DNA from: Ferrithrix thermotolerans DSM 19514
GTDB taxonomy: Bacteria > Actinomycetota > Acidimicrobiia > Acidimicrobiales > Ilumatobacteraceae
NCBI GenBank assembly: GCA_945860575.1
Contig: CAMAQQ010000001.1
Span: forward strand, 1 to 27,806
Direction of reading: 5' to 3'
Length of the DNA stretch: 27,806 nt
How positions within the stretch are numbered: position 1 is the stretch's first letter; each line of letters opens with the position of its first letter. The notes below the pieces were generated by a model, which worked only from the letters and a program-made list of their open reading frames with translations, was not told the origin of the DNA and ran no database searches. The translations under genes were made by a program, and so were the position numbers. Positions 1-11,083 of this stretch are shown here, piece after piece.

Positions 1-1160
1 CCAATGCCTTTGAAAGCATCAAGCGAGGCAGTGCCATCGTTTGATTTTTGTGCGGCAACCGTGACGACACTGAATGTGCCGACAACCAAAGCCGCATACA
101 GCACCACATAAACAGCAATTGCAGTCAAGCCGTCACCAACATCAGGCGATGCGCGATGTGACGATGCTTCTAAACCGACAAGAATAAAACCAGCATGACT
201 AATAGAAGAGTATGCGAGCATGCGCTTTACGTCGGTTTGCACTACGGCAACGACTGATCCAACGACAAGCGTCAGTGCTGACAATACAAAAACTGCCGGA
301 CCCCAATCATCGGCACGCGAAGGAAATGCAGTTACAAAAACTCGCACCAGCGCAACAAGCGCGGCGACTTTTCCGGCTGAAGCCATGAAGGCCGTAACCG
401 GAGTTGGTGAACCTTGATAAACATCTGGAGTCCAGGATTGAAATGGCACCAGAGAAACTTTGAAACCAAAACCAACGAGCATCAGGCCAACACCAAGAAG
501 CAACAAAGTGTCGTTGCGTGGAACGGTGATATAAGAATTAAGCGCCAAATTAATGTCAACCAAACGAGTAGTGCCCGTCGCACCGTAGGTAAGTGCGACA
601 CCATACAAAAAGAAAGCCGACGCGAAACCACCAAGGATGAAATATTTCAATCCGGCTTCCTGACTTTCTGCGCGTTTTCGATTGCTTGCAGCCAATAAGT
701 AAAGCGACAAACTAAGAGTTTCTAAACCAAGAAATAATACGATCAGGTCGTTTGCCGCAACCATCACGATTCCGCCGATTGCCGCAGTTAGATAGAGTGC
801 ATAAATCTCGGGCGTGTCGGTGTTTTCACCTGCCAGATAGTCGCTAGTCACCAGACTGACAAGCAACACCGCCGAACAAATTGCAATTGACGCCAGCACA
901 GCAAAATGGTCGAGGGCGAGAGCGCCACCGACAAGAAGTTTCGGACCAGAACTTGAAATATCACGCCATAAAAATATTGACACAATAATTGCGGCACTTG
1001 CCATTAACGCACTGGCTAATCCGTACCAACCACGTCGCCACTGCGGAGTCAATGAACCGACAAGCAAAAGAAACAATGCACCGAACAGCAAAACTAACAA
1101 CGGCGAAATTGAAAACCAATCAATTGCAGGGCCAACAAATTCCGGAATTTGATCGTTCAC
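1..1160 (-). CDS. nuoN: NADH-quinone oxidoreductase subunit N, 3' end cut by window edge
   Basis: Not in the ORF track. Hand translation from GTG 1160 (GTGA overlap with nuoM stop) stays open to base 1: MNDQIPEFVGPAIDW...LFLGLETLSLSLYLL...EAGLKYFILG...GFKVSLVPFQSWTPDVYQGSPTP...KRMLAYSSISHAG. Confidence 0.95.
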   Translation of the reverse strand, partial: MNDQIPEFVGPAIDWFSISPLLVLLFGALFLLLVGSLTPQWRRGWYGLASALMASAAIIVSIFLWRDISSSGPKLLVGGALALDHFAVLASIAICSAVLLVSLVTSDYLAGENTDTPEIYALYLTAAIGGIVMVAANDLIVLFLGLETLSLSLYLLAASNRKRAESQEAGLKYFILGGFASAFFLYGVALTYGATGTTRLVDINLALNSYITVPRNDTLLLLGVGLMLVGFGFKVSLVPFQSWTPDVYQGSPTPVTAFMASAGKVAALVALVRVFVTAFPSRADDWGPAVFVLSALTLVVGSVVAVVQTDVKRMLAYSSISHAGFILVGLEASSHRASPDVGDGLTAIAVYVVLYAALVVGTFSVVTVAAQKSNDGTASLDAFKGI

Positions 1161-2665
1161 TTGGTTTGTCCTTCTACATGCTCAATAAGTGCACCCACAC
1201 TTGGTTCAATTCTGTCGAGAATTGGTTTTGGATAAATACCAGATACGACGATGATCGCCACGAACACAGACATCAACAAACCCTCACGCAAGGTGAGTTC
1301 TTTAAAAGTTGAATTGGCTTCGTCTGGCTCACCATGAAATACGCGTTGATATGCCCACAACAAATAAAGTGCAGCAAGAACAACTCCGACAGTGGCGACC
1401 AGTGTCCACCAGCGGGCAGGACCAAATGATCCGATCAAAATCAAAAACTCGCCGACGAAACCATTGAGACCGGGCAAACCAACTGATGACAGCATGACCA
1501 CCGTGAACACACCAGCGAATATTGGCGCAACATGTTGAATGCCGCGTAACTCGGCGATCTCACGAGTATGGCGACGTTCGTAAATCATGCCGACAAGCAG
1601 AAACAACGCACCTGTTGAGACTCCATGATTGACCATTTGCATTACGGCGCCAGTCACAGCCTGCGAACTAAGGGCGAATGTACCAAGAACAATGAACCCG
1701 AGGTGAGCAACCGAAGAGTACGCCACAAGTCGTTTTAAATCGCGTTGCATCGTTGCGGCAATTGCGCCGTAAATGATTCCGATTACTGCCAGAGAAAATA
1801 TCGCCGGTCGCGCCCACATCGCAGCCTGTGGAAATAAATAAACTCCGAAGCGCAGGAAACCATAAGTTCCCATTTTGAGCAATACACCAGCAAGAATTAC
1901 CGAGCCCCCGGTCGGGGCTTGTGTGTGGGCATCGGGTAACCAGGTGTGAAATGGAAATAATGGAACCTTGACGGCGAAGGCAATCGCAAAAGATAAAAAT
2001 AGCCATCGAGCTGCATTTGTTGAGAACTTTGCACCTTCAGCGATTTTGACAAGATCGAATGTCACCACACCAAGGTCGCGCTGTGCAAGCGCAACTGTTG
2101 CGATGATTCCGATGAGCATGAAAGCCGAACCAGCCATTGTGTAGAGAAAGAACTTTGTTGCCGCATACACCCGTTGGTCGTAGCCCCAACCACCGATCAA
2201 GAAATACATCGGCACCAAAACAATTTCAAACATTACGAAGAATAAAAACAAGTCAAGCGACAAGAACGAACCCATTACCCCAGCTTGTAATAACAGCATC
2301 CAAGCAAAATAAGAAGTTTCATTGTGATGCGGGTCAATACCGACAATCACTAATGGAAACAAGATTCCGGTGAGCACTATCAAAAACAATGAGATGCCGT
2401 CCACCCCGAGATGCCAAGAGATTCCCCATTGGCTGATCCAAGCGTGCTGCGAGACGAACTGAAAACCCGCCTCACCAGTCTTGAACGCGGCCAGCAACCA
2501 CAGCGAAAGTGCTGCAGTTGAAACACTCGAAACTAATGCCGCTAATTTCATCCACTCTGGACGCGAACCACCGAGTAGCGCGACGACTACCGAACCGATT
2601 ACGGGCAATACTACGAGCAGGGTCAGAATTGGAAAGTTAAGTACTTCGGCGCTTGATGCGATCAC
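1157..2665 (-). CDS. nuoM: NADH-quinone oxidoreductase subunit M
   Basis: 502 aa, hydrophobic, FAVKVPLFPFHTWLPDAHTQAPT, GVLLKMGTYG, LKRLVAYSSVAHLG; lies between nuoL and nuoN. Confidence 0.97.
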   Translation of the reverse strand: MIASSAEVLNFPILTLLVVLPVIGSVVVALLGGSRPEWMKLAALVSSVSTAALSLWLLAAFKTGEAGFQFVSQHAWISQWGISWHLGVDGISLFLIVLTGILFPLVIVGIDPHHNETSYFAWMLLLQAGVMGSFLSLDLFLFFVMFEIVLVPMYFLIGGWGYDQRVYAATKFFLYTMAGSAFMLIGIIATVALAQRDLGVVTFDLVKIAEGAKFSTNAARWLFLSFAIAFAVKVPLFPFHTWLPDAHTQAPTGGSVILAGVLLKMGTYGFLRFGVYLFPQAAMWARPAIFSLAVIGIIYGAIAATMQRDLKRLVAYSSVAHLGFIVLGTFALSSQAVTGAVMQMVNHGVSTGALFLLVGMIYERRHTREIAELRGIQHVAPIFAGVFTVVMLSSVGLPGLNGFVGEFLILIGSFGPARWWTLVATVGVVLAALYLLWAYQRVFHGEPDEANSTFKELTLREGLLMSVFVAIIVVSGIYPKPILDRIEPSVGALIEHVEGQTK

Positions 2666-4575
2666 AACAGTGCTCCCCGCAAAAAGAACCAGGCCAAAAT
2701 AACAACTGCGCCAAGACTTATCAACAATGCGTACGCCCGAACGAAACCGCTTTGAGCCCGGCGCAATGATGTTGCGATATTTTGAATCAACTTGCCGACT
2801 CCGTTGACAACGCCATCAACGATGTTGGCGTCAATCCATGTGATTAAATTAAAAGTTCGTGCGCCAGGCCCAGCGATCAGACGGCTTGCGGCATTGTCGT
2901 AGTACCACGCTTGCTCTAGAACTTTGGGCTCAATTGGCTTGATCCATGATTTTGCATAAACCGCAATTGATGCCGCGATTCCGACCACTGCAACGACAAT
3001 CGCTACGACTAATAACAGATATTTATTTTGATAGGCCCATGTCTCACCAATGTGCGCTTCAGATTCTTCAACAACCGGTGCAAGCCAGCGTTCGAGAAAA
3101 TTAAAATTTTTGCCGAAAGGCAATTGCATTGCCCCACCGACTATGGATAAGCCAGACAATATGACTAGTGGCGTCAACATCACCCAACTGCTCTCATGAG
3201 GTGTCAAATCGCCGTGCGAACCGTGTTCAGCGCTGTGATCATTCCACTTTGCTTTGCCGTAAAACACCATGATTACTTGTCGTGTCATGTAGAACGCCGT
3301 CAATAGTGCCGTTATTAAACCAACAACATATAGCCCGCGATTATTTGCATAGACATAAAGCAAAATTTCATCTTTCGACCAGAAACCGGCAAACGGCGGC
3401 ACTCCTGCAATTGCTAGCCAGCCGATAATAAAAGTGAACGCGGTAACCGGCATGACTTTTCGTAGCGCTCCCATGCGACGCATATCTTGTTCATGATGCA
3501 TGCCGTGAATCACAGAACCTGAACCGAGAAACAACAACGCCTTGAAAAATGCGTGGGTCACCATGTGAAAAATTGCCGCGACATATGCACCAGAACCCAC
3601 TGCTAAAAACATGTAGCCCAACTGTGAAACGGTGCTGTAGGCGAGAACTTTTTTAATATCGTTTTGCGCAACGGCAACCGATGCTGCATAAAGCGCAGTA
3701 GCCGCGCCAACAACGGCGATCACTGTTGGCAACCATTCAAACGAAGCATGCAAAACAGGACTCATGCGAGTCATTAAAAACACACCCGATGTCACCATCG
3801 TTGCGGCATGGATCAACGCCGAAACCGGAGTCGGGCCTTCCATCGCGTCTGGCAGCCAAAGATAAAGCGGAAGTTGTGCACTCTTGCCGCAAGCACCGAC
3901 AAAAAGCAGGAGCCCAATTGCTGTTGCTGTTACTGCAGCCAGTTCACCACTATGAGCGGATTCGTTAATTGCGTGATATGAAAGAGTACCGAGACTATTG
4001 AATGCCAGAAACATCGCGGCCATCACACCGAAGTCGCCAATGCGATTGGTGACGAAAGCTTTTTTGCCGGCTACTGCAGCACTGTTACGGGTGTGCCAAA
4101 ATGAAATCAAGAAGTAACTGCAAGCGCCGACACCTTCCCATCCCAAGAACGTGACGAGTAGATTTTCGCCGAGAACAAGCATCAGCATGCTGAAAACGAA
4201 GAGATTCAAATACAAAAAGAATTTCGAGAACTTGGTATCACCGTGCATATAGCCAATTGCATAGAGATGAATCAAAGTTGAAATACCCGTGACAAATAAC
4301 GCCATCACAATGCTTAGTGGGTCTGCTAGAACAGCGAGATCAACTTGCAGTGAGCCGACTCGAATCCACGAGAACATCGTTGCAACATGACTGCGCTCTT
4401 CGGCAGGAAGACCCAGCATCTCAAAATAAGCCAGCACCGTCACAAGAAACGACGATGCTGTTGCGATTGTGGCGACCCAACCTGCGCGTGGGTCGCCAAG
4501 TTTGCGGCCCAAAATTAAATTAATTAAAGCCCCGGCAAGTGGCAGTACCGGTATCAGCCAAATCAAGTCGAGCAT
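2662..4575 (-). CDS. nuoL: NADH-quinone oxidoreductase subunit L
   Basis: 637 aa, GKSAQLPLYLWLPDAMEGPTPVSALIHAATMVTSG, IKKVLAYSTVSQLG, HAFFKALLFLGSGSVIH. Confidence 0.97.
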   Translation of the reverse strand: MLDLIWLIPVLPLAGALINLILGRKLGDPRAGWVATIATASSFLVTVLAYFEMLGLPAEERSHVATMFSWIRVGSLQVDLAVLADPLSIVMALFVTGISTLIHLYAIGYMHGDTKFSKFFLYLNLFVFSMLMLVLGENLLVTFLGWEGVGACSYFLISFWHTRNSAAVAGKKAFVTNRIGDFGVMAAMFLAFNSLGTLSYHAINESAHSGELAAVTATAIGLLLFVGACGKSAQLPLYLWLPDAMEGPTPVSALIHAATMVTSGVFLMTRMSPVLHASFEWLPTVIAVVGAATALYAASVAVAQNDIKKVLAYSTVSQLGYMFLAVGSGAYVAAIFHMVTHAFFKALLFLGSGSVIHGMHHEQDMRRMGALRKVMPVTAFTFIIGWLAIAGVPPFAGFWSKDEILLYVYANNRGLYVVGLITALLTAFYMTRQVIMVFYGKAKWNDHSAEHGSHGDLTPHESSWVMLTPLVILSGLSIVGGAMQLPFGKNFNFLERWLAPVVEESEAHIGETWAYQNKYLLLVVAIVVAVVGIAASIAVYAKSWIKPIEPKVLEQAWYYDNAASRLIAGPGARTFNLITWIDANIVDGVVNGVGKLIQNIATSLRRAQSGFVRAYALLISLGAVVILAWFFLRGALL

Positions 4576-4577
4576 GA

Positions 4578-4898
4578 CTAGCCCTTCAACTCGGCAAGAT
4601 CGTCGGCGGTAACCGAACTGCGATTGCGCATGATCGCCACGATGATGCCGAGTCCCACGACTACTTCAGCGGCGGCAACCACCATTACAAAAAATACGAT
4701 CGTCTGACCGTTGATGTCGTTTAGTTGTCGAGCCAAAGTAACGAAACTGAGATTCACTGCGTTGAGCATCAACTCGATACACATGAACATAACCAGCGGG
4801 TTGCGACGAACTAGAACTCCGAATGTTCCAATCCCAAAAAGCACGGCACTCAACACGAGATACCAAGATGCAGTTGGGGCCAGTGAGAGCGCGATCAT
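4578..4898 (-). CDS. nuoK: NADH-quinone oxidoreductase subunit K
   Basis: 106 aa, 3 [14 protein letters not shown] and [10 protein letters not shown] with both conserved Glu. Confidence 0.96.
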   Translation of the reverse strand: MIALSLAPTASWYLVLSAVLFGIGTFGVLVRRNPLVMFMCIELMLNAVNLSFVTLARQLNDINGQTIVFFVMVVAAAEVVVGLGIIVAIMRNRSSVTADDLAELKG

Positions 4899-5443
4899 TT
4901 TGGATTCTCAGCCACTGAATTTTTGGTTCGTCGCGCTAGAAGCACAGTACCGACAACCGCAACAACTAACAGCACCGAAGTTACTTCGAATGCGACAACA
5001 TATTGAGAGAAAATAGATTGTGCGAGTTGCTTGGTGTTTGCGTCAGAATCATTGAGTAAATCCGGAATATTCAACCCCGCGCCACGTTCTTGCAACACGC
5101 CACTACCTGTCGCAAACGCGGCAACGAGTACCCCAATCAAGCCCAAACTGACGATCACTGCAAGTGGGCGTTGGGTTGTTAGCGGTTCGGTGCGAAGATT
5201 TTCAACTCGATCAACGCCCAACAACATGATCACGAACAAAAACAGCACGACGATGGCGCCGGCGTAAACGATTACTTGTACGGCGGCAAGAAAGTGTGCC
5301 TCTTGAATCACGAATAGAACCGCCACGCCAAAAAGTGTCAGCACAAGACTTAACGCCGCATGCACTGGGTGCTTTCGAATGATTACTCCGACTGCACCAA
5401 CTACAACCATCAATGCGGCGCAGCCAAAAACAAAGAGTTCCAT
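4895..5443 (-). CDS. nuoJ: NADH-quinone oxidoreductase subunit J
   Basis: 182 aa, [39 protein letters not shown]. Confidence 0.96.
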   Translation of the reverse strand: MELFVFGCAALMVVVGAVGVIIRKHPVHAALSLVLTLFGVAVLFVIQEAHFLAAVQVIVYAGAIVVLFLFVIMLLGVDRVENLRTEPLTTQRPLAVIVSLGLIGVLVAAFATGSGVLQERGAGLNIPDLLNDSDANTKQLAQSIFSQYVVAFEVTSVLLVVAVVGTVLLARRTKNSVAENPK

Positions 5444-6076
5444 TTATTCGCTCTTATCTTCTGCAGGGCGGATGCCATAACCAAGTTCACCGCTCCAAGA
5501 CACGACGCCAGTGAAGTTCGCGTCACCCGATGCCGCAGTTGCTCGCATCCATCCTGAGGTGTTTTGATCTTCGCCTTCGCGCCAATCTTCCCACGCGAGC
5601 TGCTTAGGTTTTCCAGAGTTGTCGACGAGAAGTTCACTTTTCGTATAAATGGCATCTTGACGATTTGTGAATGAGAACTCAAAAAGTTTTGTTTCGGTAA
5701 TCGCTTCAGTTGGGCATGCCTCGACGCACAAATCACAATGAATGCAACGCAGGTAATTGATTTCATAAATCCAACCGAAGCGCTCTCCGGGTGAAGTCGG
5801 TTTCATAGGGTCGTTATCGGCCCCGCGAACATGAATGCACTTGGCTGGACAAACTGCGGCGCATAACTCACAGCCGATGCATTTTTCCATGCCGTCTTCA
5901 TATTTATTGAGAACATGACGACCATGTAGACGCTCTGGCTTCTCGAGCTTTTCGTCCATCTTGACTGCGCGTTTTTTGTTTCGCTGAAATACTCGACCAC
6001 CGGAGTATTGCGTTGTGACACGATTTTTTTTTCCGCGTTGACGAAGCGTAACTATGAACCCGCCGAGGTATCCCAT
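5444..6076 (-). CDS. nuoI: NADH-quinone oxidoreductase subunit I (210 aa, start moved to ATG 6076)
   Basis: [12 protein letters not shown] and [15 protein letters not shown] 6076 overlaps the nuoH stop (TAATG); the 6196 start in the track would lie inside nuoH. Confidence 0.95.
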   Translation of the reverse strand: MGYLGGFIVTLRQRGKKNRVTTQYSGGRVFQRNKKRAVKMDEKLEKPERLHGRHVLNKYEDGMEKCIGCELCAAVCPAKCIHVRGADNDPMKPTSPGERFGWIYEINYLRCIHCDLCVEACPTEAITETKLFEFSFTNRQDAIYTKSELLVDNSGKPKQLAWEDWREGEDQNTSGWMRATAASGDANFTGVVSWSGELGYGIRPAEDKSE

Positions 6077-7293
6077 TAGAACATTTGTCCTTGTGTCTCG
6101 CGTTGCCGCGCACTTTGAGTAAAGGCTGCTTGCAAAAGAAGATAGCCACCAACCATCACGACAATCGAGATCGATGTAACCAAAATAATATTCCAATCGT
6201 TTTGCCGAGCCATGCGTTGTGATGCCAACAACATGAACCAGCCAAGACCACCAGGGATAAGAACCTTCCAGCCGAGATCCATTAATTGGTCATAACGCAA
6301 ACGCGGAAGAGTCGCGCGGAACCAAATATATATATAGAGGAAGACAAGAACTTTGGCCAGCAGCCAAAGTGTGCCCTCAAGAGCGTTTGGAATCACCGGA
6401 ATATCGAGTACGAAGTTTCCGATTGCAATTGGTTGCGGACCGCCAAAGAACAGTGTGACGATAAGCGCCGACATAGTGACCGTATTCATAAATTCGGCAA
6501 GATAAAACAATGCAAATCGAATTGACGAATATTCTGTATTGAATCCGCCAACAAGTTCTTGCTCGGCTTCAACCAAATCAAATGGCGGACGGTTTAGCTC
6601 TGCCGTCGCAGCGATTAGAAAAATAATAAATGGCACGATGCCTGTTGAAATTACGTTCCACTGAGTAACTGTCTCCTGAGCCGCAACGATGCCACTCGTC
6701 GAAAGTGTGCCCGCGAGCAACAGCACACAAGCCAACGACAAACCGAGCGCCGCTTCATAACTCACCATTTGTGCCGATGCTCGAACAGAACCAATAAGTG
6801 GATATTTTGATCCACTTGACCAACCTGCGAGCATGATGCCGTAAACGGCAATCGACGAAATCGCGAGAGCGAACAGCACGCCAATTGGTGGATCAGCCAG
6901 TTGAACTTTTGTTACATGACCAAACCAAGTGACTTCACCACCGTTACCATCGCGGAAATCTCCTCCAAGTGGAATAATTGCAAACGCCAAAAACGCAGGT
7001 ACGAAAGACAAAAACGGCGCAAGTGCAAAAACAAAACGATCTGACCGATTTGGAATCAAATCTTCTTTAAAAAATAGTTTGATGCCGTCGGCCAGAGTTT
7101 GCATGATCCCGAACGGACCTGTTTTGTTTGGCCCGATACGATTTTGCATTCCGGCAATTGCCTTGCGCTCAAACCACACCATCAGCATTGTTGCCAGCAA
7201 CCCAACCACAAATACAACCACGACCTTTAACAGCACAATCAACAAAGGCACCCAAAGTATTTCATCTAGGAATAGAGCGTCCAGAGCGATCAC
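6076..7293 (-). CDS. nuoH: NADH-quinone oxidoreductase subunit H (405 aa, start moved to GTG 7293)
   Basis: [67 protein letters not shown]; GTGA overlap with nuoG stop. Confidence 0.96.
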   Translation of the reverse strand: MIALDALFLDEILWVPLLIVLLKVVVVFVVGLLATMLMVWFERKAIAGMQNRIGPNKTGPFGIMQTLADGIKLFFKEDLIPNRSDRFVFALAPFLSFVPAFLAFAIIPLGGDFRDGNGGEVTWFGHVTKVQLADPPIGVLFALAISSIAVYGIMLAGWSSGSKYPLIGSVRASAQMVSYEAALGLSLACVLLLAGTLSTSGIVAAQETVTQWNVISTGIVPFIIFLIAATAELNRPPFDLVEAEQELVGGFNTEYSSIRFALFYLAEFMNTVTMSALIVTLFFGGPQPIAIGNFVLDIPVIPNALEGTLWLLAKVLVFLYIYIWFRATLPRLRYDQLMDLGWKVLIPGGLGWFMLLASQRMARQNDWNIILVTSISIVVMVGGYLLLQAAFTQSARQRETQGQMF

Positions 7294-9659
7294 TTGATTT
7301 GCTCGATTCGAACATCGATCACATCTGCCGCAATATTCAACAATGGACGAATATCTACATTTGTGTGGTTGTATGGCAACCAAGCGGTACCACGATTGAT
7401 TCCATTGTGAGCCCTGACTGGTAAAACAATATTTATTTCGTCAACACCAACCCGAATATTTGTGCCGTCTACGACACCGATTCGAGCAAGATCTAACGGG
7501 TGAACATAAATTGTTGATTCGGTGATTATCCCCACGAGTGAATTACTGGTGATAGTGGACTGGGCTGCGTCATACATTGTGCGAGACACAATTAGTCGAT
7601 AACTATATGAATTTCGGTCTACCAAAACTTTGGACCCACGAGAAATTGTCGCTGATGCTTCATGAACCATCAGCACGCCGTCGCTTTGAATCGCCGATTG
7701 ATTGTCACAAGAAGAAAACCCTGGGATTGCCGAAATCATTTTCTTGTGCAACTCGTCAAGACTTGATACGCCAAGATCTATTCCAAGGCTCAATCCAAGT
7801 TCGGCGGCGATCATCCAATCCGGGCGCGATGTGCCTCGTGGGGTGATCTGCTGTGAGACATTGCTGACGCGACCTTCGAGGTTCGTCGTTGTACCTTTTT
7901 TTTCGGCGAACGCCGCAGCCGGAAAAACAACATCTGCGTTTTCGTTGGCGCTCGTAACAAAAGTATCGATGCTGATGACACTTTTGATCTGCGATAGTGC
8001 TTGCTTGACGAGTATCGAATCGGCGACATCGGCGAGCGGATTTGCTCCCAGCAAAATTAGGCAATTAATTTTGCCAGCCGCGGCCTTCGTCAAGATATCA
8101 ATTGCATCACCAGAGTTTTGTTGCGGCGTAAGACCTACGGCCACTGCGCCACGAACATTGCCACGGCGTAAAACAGGAAGAATTTTTGCATTTGGAATTG
8201 CATGCAACAATTCTCCCAACGCATGTAAAGTGAATGCTTCGTTCTCGGCTAAATTTGCGCGACCTAGAACGACGACGACTTCACCTCGCGCGATTTGCTC
8301 TTTCATCTCTTGGGTTTCTAATGTCTCTCGCACAGTTTGGGCCTGATGGCCTGGTTCAAATGCGACGCTTCTCCACGCATATGGTGTCAAGCCGGAGTCA
8401 TGCGAAGAAAACTCAATAATTCGTGAATTGCGCTTTTGCGCTGCATCTCGAATTCTTAGATAAAGAACCGGCAGTTCTTCTTTGAGATCAGGAGCCAACA
8501 AAATGATCGTGCTGGCGGCACAAGTTTCATCGATTGTTGCTTGTGCAAGATTGAAAATTTCAGGTGTTAAACCATCACCGAGTTGCGAGTCGCGTTGATT
8601 AATCTTCAATTCATCGGCCAGCATTGCCCAGGCAAATGCGTCTTCGTTGGTGCCTCGCGCCCCACCAAGAATCGCCACAGAATCTGCGCCGTTTGTGAGT
8701 GCATGGCGAATTATTCTTGCCGCTGATTCAAGAGCGACCGACCAAGAACTCGGCACAAGACCCGCATCAGACTTGATTAACGGAGTAGTAAGACGCTCGG
8801 TCGAATTGACTGATTCAAAGTTGTAACGACCGCGATCACACAACCAGCCCCAGTTGACGGGGTCGATATCTACGCCCTGATATCGCACAAGTTCATCTCG
8901 GCTGCTTTGCACAACGATGCGACATCCGACCGAGCACGAGGTGCACGTAGTTTCAGTTTCATTCAAATCCCACGGACGGGCCTTGAATCGATATGGCTTT
9001 GCGGTCAACGCACCGACCGGGCAAATTTGCACTGTGTTGCCAGAAAAATAGCTGCTGAAAGGTTCTTCAGGAAATGTTAAAACCTGTGTGTCATTGCCGC
9101 GACTAGTGAACGAAATCAGTGGATCACCTGCAACTTCGTCGGCGAATCTCGTGCATCGATCGCACAAGATGCAACGCTCGCGATCAAGATAAACAATGTC
9201 ACTGATCGCAATTGGTTTTTCGTAGTGACGCTTTTCTTCGACGAACCGACTTTCACCTGGCCCGTGACTGAACGCCTGATCTTGCAACGGACATTCTCCG
9301 CCTTTATCGCAAACAGGGCAATCAAGCGGATGATTTGCGAGCAACAGCTCAAGCACACCTTCTTGCGCTTTTTTGACGGTGTCAGTTGCGGTGCGAACAA
9401 TTTGCCCTTCGGCAACTGGCGTCATACACGAAACAACCATCATTGGTCCGCGGGGTGTTTCAACTTCGACAAGACATTGTCGACACATGCCGACCGAACT
9501 CATGCGAGGGTGGTAACAAAATCTTGGAATGAAATCATCCGTGCGATCAGCAGCGGCGATAATCACCTCGCCCTTGCGGGCTAAAACCGGCTTGTCGTTG
9601 ATCGTGATGTTTACAACATTCGGGTCAACAACGACTTTTTCTGGATCAACAATCGTCAT
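7290..9659 (-). CDS. nuoG: NADH-quinone oxidoreductase subunit G
   Basis: 789 aa. Fe-S motifs FCYHP..GMCRQC, HPLDCPVCDKGGECPLQ, CILCDRCTRF..ICPVGAL and an N7-type CTSCSVGC..WLCDRGR. Confidence 0.97.
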   Translation of the reverse strand: MTIVDPEKVVVDPNVVNITINDKPVLARKGEVIIAAADRTDDFIPRFCYHPRMSSVGMCRQCLVEVETPRGPMMVVSCMTPVAEGQIVRTATDTVKKAQEGVLELLLANHPLDCPVCDKGGECPLQDQAFSHGPGESRFVEEKRHYEKPIAISDIVYLDRERCILCDRCTRFADEVAGDPLISFTSRGNDTQVLTFPEEPFSSYFSGNTVQICPVGALTAKPYRFKARPWDLNETETTCTSCSVGCRIVVQSSRDELVRYQGVDIDPVNWGWLCDRGRYNFESVNSTERLTTPLIKSDAGLVPSSWSVALESAARIIRHALTNGADSVAILGGARGTNEDAFAWAMLADELKINQRDSQLGDGLTPEIFNLAQATIDETCAASTIILLAPDLKEELPVLYLRIRDAAQKRNSRIIEFSSHDSGLTPYAWRSVAFEPGHQAQTVRETLETQEMKEQIARGEVVVVLGRANLAENEAFTLHALGELLHAIPNAKILPVLRRGNVRGAVAVGLTPQQNSGDAIDILTKAAAGKINCLILLGANPLADVADSILVKQALSQIKSVISIDTFVTSANENADVVFPAAAFAEKKGTTTNLEGRVSNVSQQITPRGTSRPDWMIAAELGLSLGIDLGVSSLDELHKKMISAIPGFSSCDNQSAIQSDGVLMVHEASATISRGSKVLVDRNSYSYRLIVSRTMYDAAQSTITSNSLVGIITESTIYVHPLDLARIGVVDGTNIRVGVDEINIVLPVRAHNGINRGTAWLPYNHTNVDIRPLLNIAADVIDVRIEQIK

Positions 9660-11083
9660 GACTTCGCCCCACTTGATAAAACATGATCCTTCGACACAAC
9701 CGCTGTGACGGGTATCGTCACACGCTTCGTGACTCGTGATTCAAATTCGCTTCTGAACAAAGTCAACGCAGAGTGAACCGGGGCAAAAGCCGACGGGCCG
9801 ACAAAGCAAATCGTCGTCATTTTGTACGGAAAAGGCACGGCAGTCAAACCTAGTTTTTCATTAGCGGCATGAGGAAAGGCACCGGGACAGATCATCGCAC
9901 CGACTTCAAGAAGTTGCTGCAGATCAGCATCAGTGCCGTTGCCGTCAACAATGCGACGCAAAATTCTTTCAAGCCATGTTCCACCTTCACGACATGGCGT
10001 GCACTTGCCACAAGATTCATGCGCATAAAAGTGTGTGAGGGTCAACGCGGCGGCAGGAATATCCGTCGTCTCATCCATCACCATCACTGCCCCAGAACCA
10101 AGCATTGAACCCGCCGGCCCAATCTGACTTGCTTCAAACGGTAAATCTAATTGGTCGGGCGTAAACCATGGAGCAGAACCCCCTCCTGGGACGAACGCTT
10201 TGAGTTTGTTGTCGTTTTTGATTCCGCCACAAAAATCTTCACCGAAAATAAGATCGCGAAATGTTGTCGTGCCGTTAATAATTTCAAAAACTCCCGGTCG
10301 CTTGACATGCCCAGAAACTGCAACCATCCGTGTGCCCGGTGATGTTTTGGTGCCGATCGCTGTGTAGGCCGCAACTCCGTTGCACAACAACCACGGTAAA
10401 TTTGCCAGAGTTTCAACATTGTTGACAATCGTCGGCTGACCATAGAGACCGTTTACTGCAGGAAAGAACGGCGGCTTCAAACGAGGCATGCCTCGGTTTC
10501 CTTCGAGACTTTCGATCAGTGCGGTTTCTTCTCCGACGACATACGCACCTGCGCCCCAATGCAAAATAATATCCACGGAAAATTTCGAGCCAAGAATATT
10601 TCTACCGACATAGCCAGCGGCGTATGCCTCATTCAACGCAGTCGCCACGCGCTCTTGGGCCAACGCCATTTCGCCCCTTATATATAGGAAGCATTGTGAC
10701 AACCCCGCGGCATAACACGCAATCAAACAACCCTCAATTAGTTGGTGTGGATCGCGCTCCATCAGCAATCTGTCTTTATAGGTTCCTGGTTCGCTCTCAT
10801 CACCATTGACAACTAGATATCGCGGCCACACCTGTTGCGGGGTTAGTCCCCACTTTGTTCCGGCAGGAAACCCTGCGCCACCGCGACCAAGCACAGTCGC
10901 ACTTTTTACGTCGTCATGAATTTCATTTGCTGGACGAGAAAGCGCTGCTCGCAAACCTTTGTAGCCGTCGGTCGCCAAGTAGCGCTCAATCGTAAACGAG
11001 TCGGCAAATTCAAATCGTGAGGTAACAATTTTTGGGCGGTCGCCCGACACGAAACCAGGAGCGTGTTTGAACGTCGTACTCAT
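9656..11083 (-). CDS. nuoF: NADH-quinone oxidoreductase subunit F (475 aa, start moved to ATG 11083)
   Basis: GRGGAGFPAGTKW, NGDESEPGTYKDR, GEETALIESLEG, ESCGKCTPCREG; ATGA overlap with nuoE stop. Confidence 0.97.
   Translation of the reverse strand: MSTTFKHAPGFVSGDRPKIVTSRFEFADSFTIERYLATDGYKGLRAALSRPANEIHDDVKSATVLGRGGAGFPAGTKWGLTPQQVWPRYLVVNGDESEPGTYKDRLLMERDPHQLIEGCLIACYAAGLSQCFLYIRGEMALAQERVATALNEAYAAGYVGRNILGSKFSVDIILHWGAGAYVVGEETALIESLEGNRGMPRLKPPFFPAVNGLYGQPTIVNNVETLANLPWLLCNGVAAYTAIGTKTSPGTRMVAVSGHVKRPGVFEIINGTTTFRDLIFGEDFCGGIKNDNKLKAFVPGGGSAPWFTPDQLDLPFEASQIGPAGSMLGSGAVMVMDETTDIPAAALTLTHFYAHESCGKCTPCREGGTWLERILRRIVDGNGTDADLQQLLEVGAMICPGAFPHAANEKLGLTAVPFPYKMTTICFVGPSAFAPVHSALTLFRSEFESRVTKRVTIPVTAVVSKDHVLSSGAKS

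Noticed and set aside
7702-8346. 214-aa plus-strand ORF and the many other short antisense or off-frame ORFs in the track
   Set aside because: They lie inside well-supported genes, have no recognisable motifs and are typical shadow ORFs.
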